Assembly: GCA_016748015.1 (NCBI GenBank)
Contig: JAAOMT010000705.1
Span: 4,502 to 68,501 of the forward strand
Direction: 5' to 3'
Origin: Geosiphon pyriformis uo1
Taxonomy: Eukaryota; Fungi; Glomeromycota
Length of the DNA stretch: 64,000 nt
The translations under genes and the position numbers were made by a program. Shown here one piece after another: positions 63,201-64,000 of the stretch. The notes under the pieces are model-generated. The model was not told the origin of the DNA. It saw only the letters and a list, made by a program, of their open reading frames with translations, and ran no database searches. Numbering within the stretch: position 1 is the first letter of the stretch; each line of letters opens with the position of its first letter.

Positions 63201-64000
63201 TGCTGTAAGCCAAAAAAATCCTGTCTAAAAGAATTTTAGAAAAAATTTTGCAAGCTGTTTTGATTAAGGCAATGGGACAGATATTCATAAGAACACTCTC
63301 TTATTCATATGGTTTTAGAATCATTAAAACCCAAGTCTTTTTTCAAGAAAAGGAGACCAATTTATATGTCAAACTAAAGTTCAAAAGCACTAGCAGCATG
63401 TCCAAAACTGACTTATTGCAATGTTTTCACAACTTATTAGAAATGCTAAAAAGGCCAGCAGCTTTTCTACCAGGCAGATTTGTGATAATGCTAAGCATTT
63501 TGTCAAAACCAATTGGAATCATTACCTCAGAAAAAGCACTATCAAAGATATAACTCAATAGTTGGTATTGACAAGACCAGTCATTAAATACATTAGAAAC
63601 TATCTTATGCTTATAAGTTCAGTATTTTATAATCTTATCAACCTTAATCCTAATCTTATCAGGCTCTAAAACCAGTTCTTTATCCACTACAAAATGGTCC
63701 AAAACAACTTTGCAAAAAAGATGTTCTAGTATATTCCTAATAATATAATCTTTATCTAACTTGAAACTCTTTATCCTCTTATTAATAGCCAACTTGATCT
63801 GAGATTTCTTTGTGTGCTTAGATTTAGACAGTTTAAAAATGCAATAAGATTTTTTAACCTTAGCCAAAGCTGATCTAATATCATTAAAACAAAATTCAGA
63901 ACTAATAAGCAACTTCACAATAGCTGCATTAACAGTATCAATGTTCTTCTATTTAACAAACAAAGAATTAAACTTATTACAAAAAACCAATCCAGAGACT
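60220..64000 (-). mobile_element. LINE 3' portion (linker, RT, RNase H, CCHC, 3' UTR), runs off the window
   Basis: ORFs 62917-63288 (PIALIK, QDMCKTYDFV), 62104-62607, 61418-61804 (YMDGS), 61199-61411 (WHKVKRHLGVSGNE) and 60461-60742. The 3' UTR is at 60225-60350. Confidence 0.92.

Noticed and set aside
1-64000. Mitochondrial or endosymbiotic-bacterial origin of the AT-rich DNA
   Set aside because: No organellar or bacterial genes are present; the AT richness derives from decayed nuclear retroelements.

Overview
This is a gene-free, very AT-rich eukaryotic transposon graveyard. No intact cellular gene, rRNA, tRNA or CRISPR array is visible. Peptide style and element architecture suggest an early-diverging fungus, probably Glomeromycotina (inference). 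The window is a nest of elements. (i) At least eight copies or fragments of a two-ORF non-LTR retrotransposon (ORF1 RRM+CCHC; ORF2 APE endonuclease-RT-RNase H-CCHC), the best preserved at 42311-49096 with a 12-bp TSD. (ii) Ty3/Gypsy LTR retrotransposons, including a near-complete one with gag-PR-Cys-rich region-dUTPase-RT-RNase H-INT and an extra 3' ORF. (iii) Five LTRs of one family, two of which bound a 3.9-kb non-autonomous element with a tandem-repeat interior. (iv) A 606-bp internally deleted Tc1/mariner element that alone retains CpGs. All retroelements are eroded by C>T/G>A transitions, and severity tracks nesting order (CpG-focused in the youngest copy, all contexts in the hosts), suggesting a RIP-like or methylation-driven repeat-mutagenesis system. 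A clean ~5.15-kb inversion (about 20680-25828) splits a LINE RT, a solo LTR and a Gypsy element. Boundaries in the most decayed segments are approximate.
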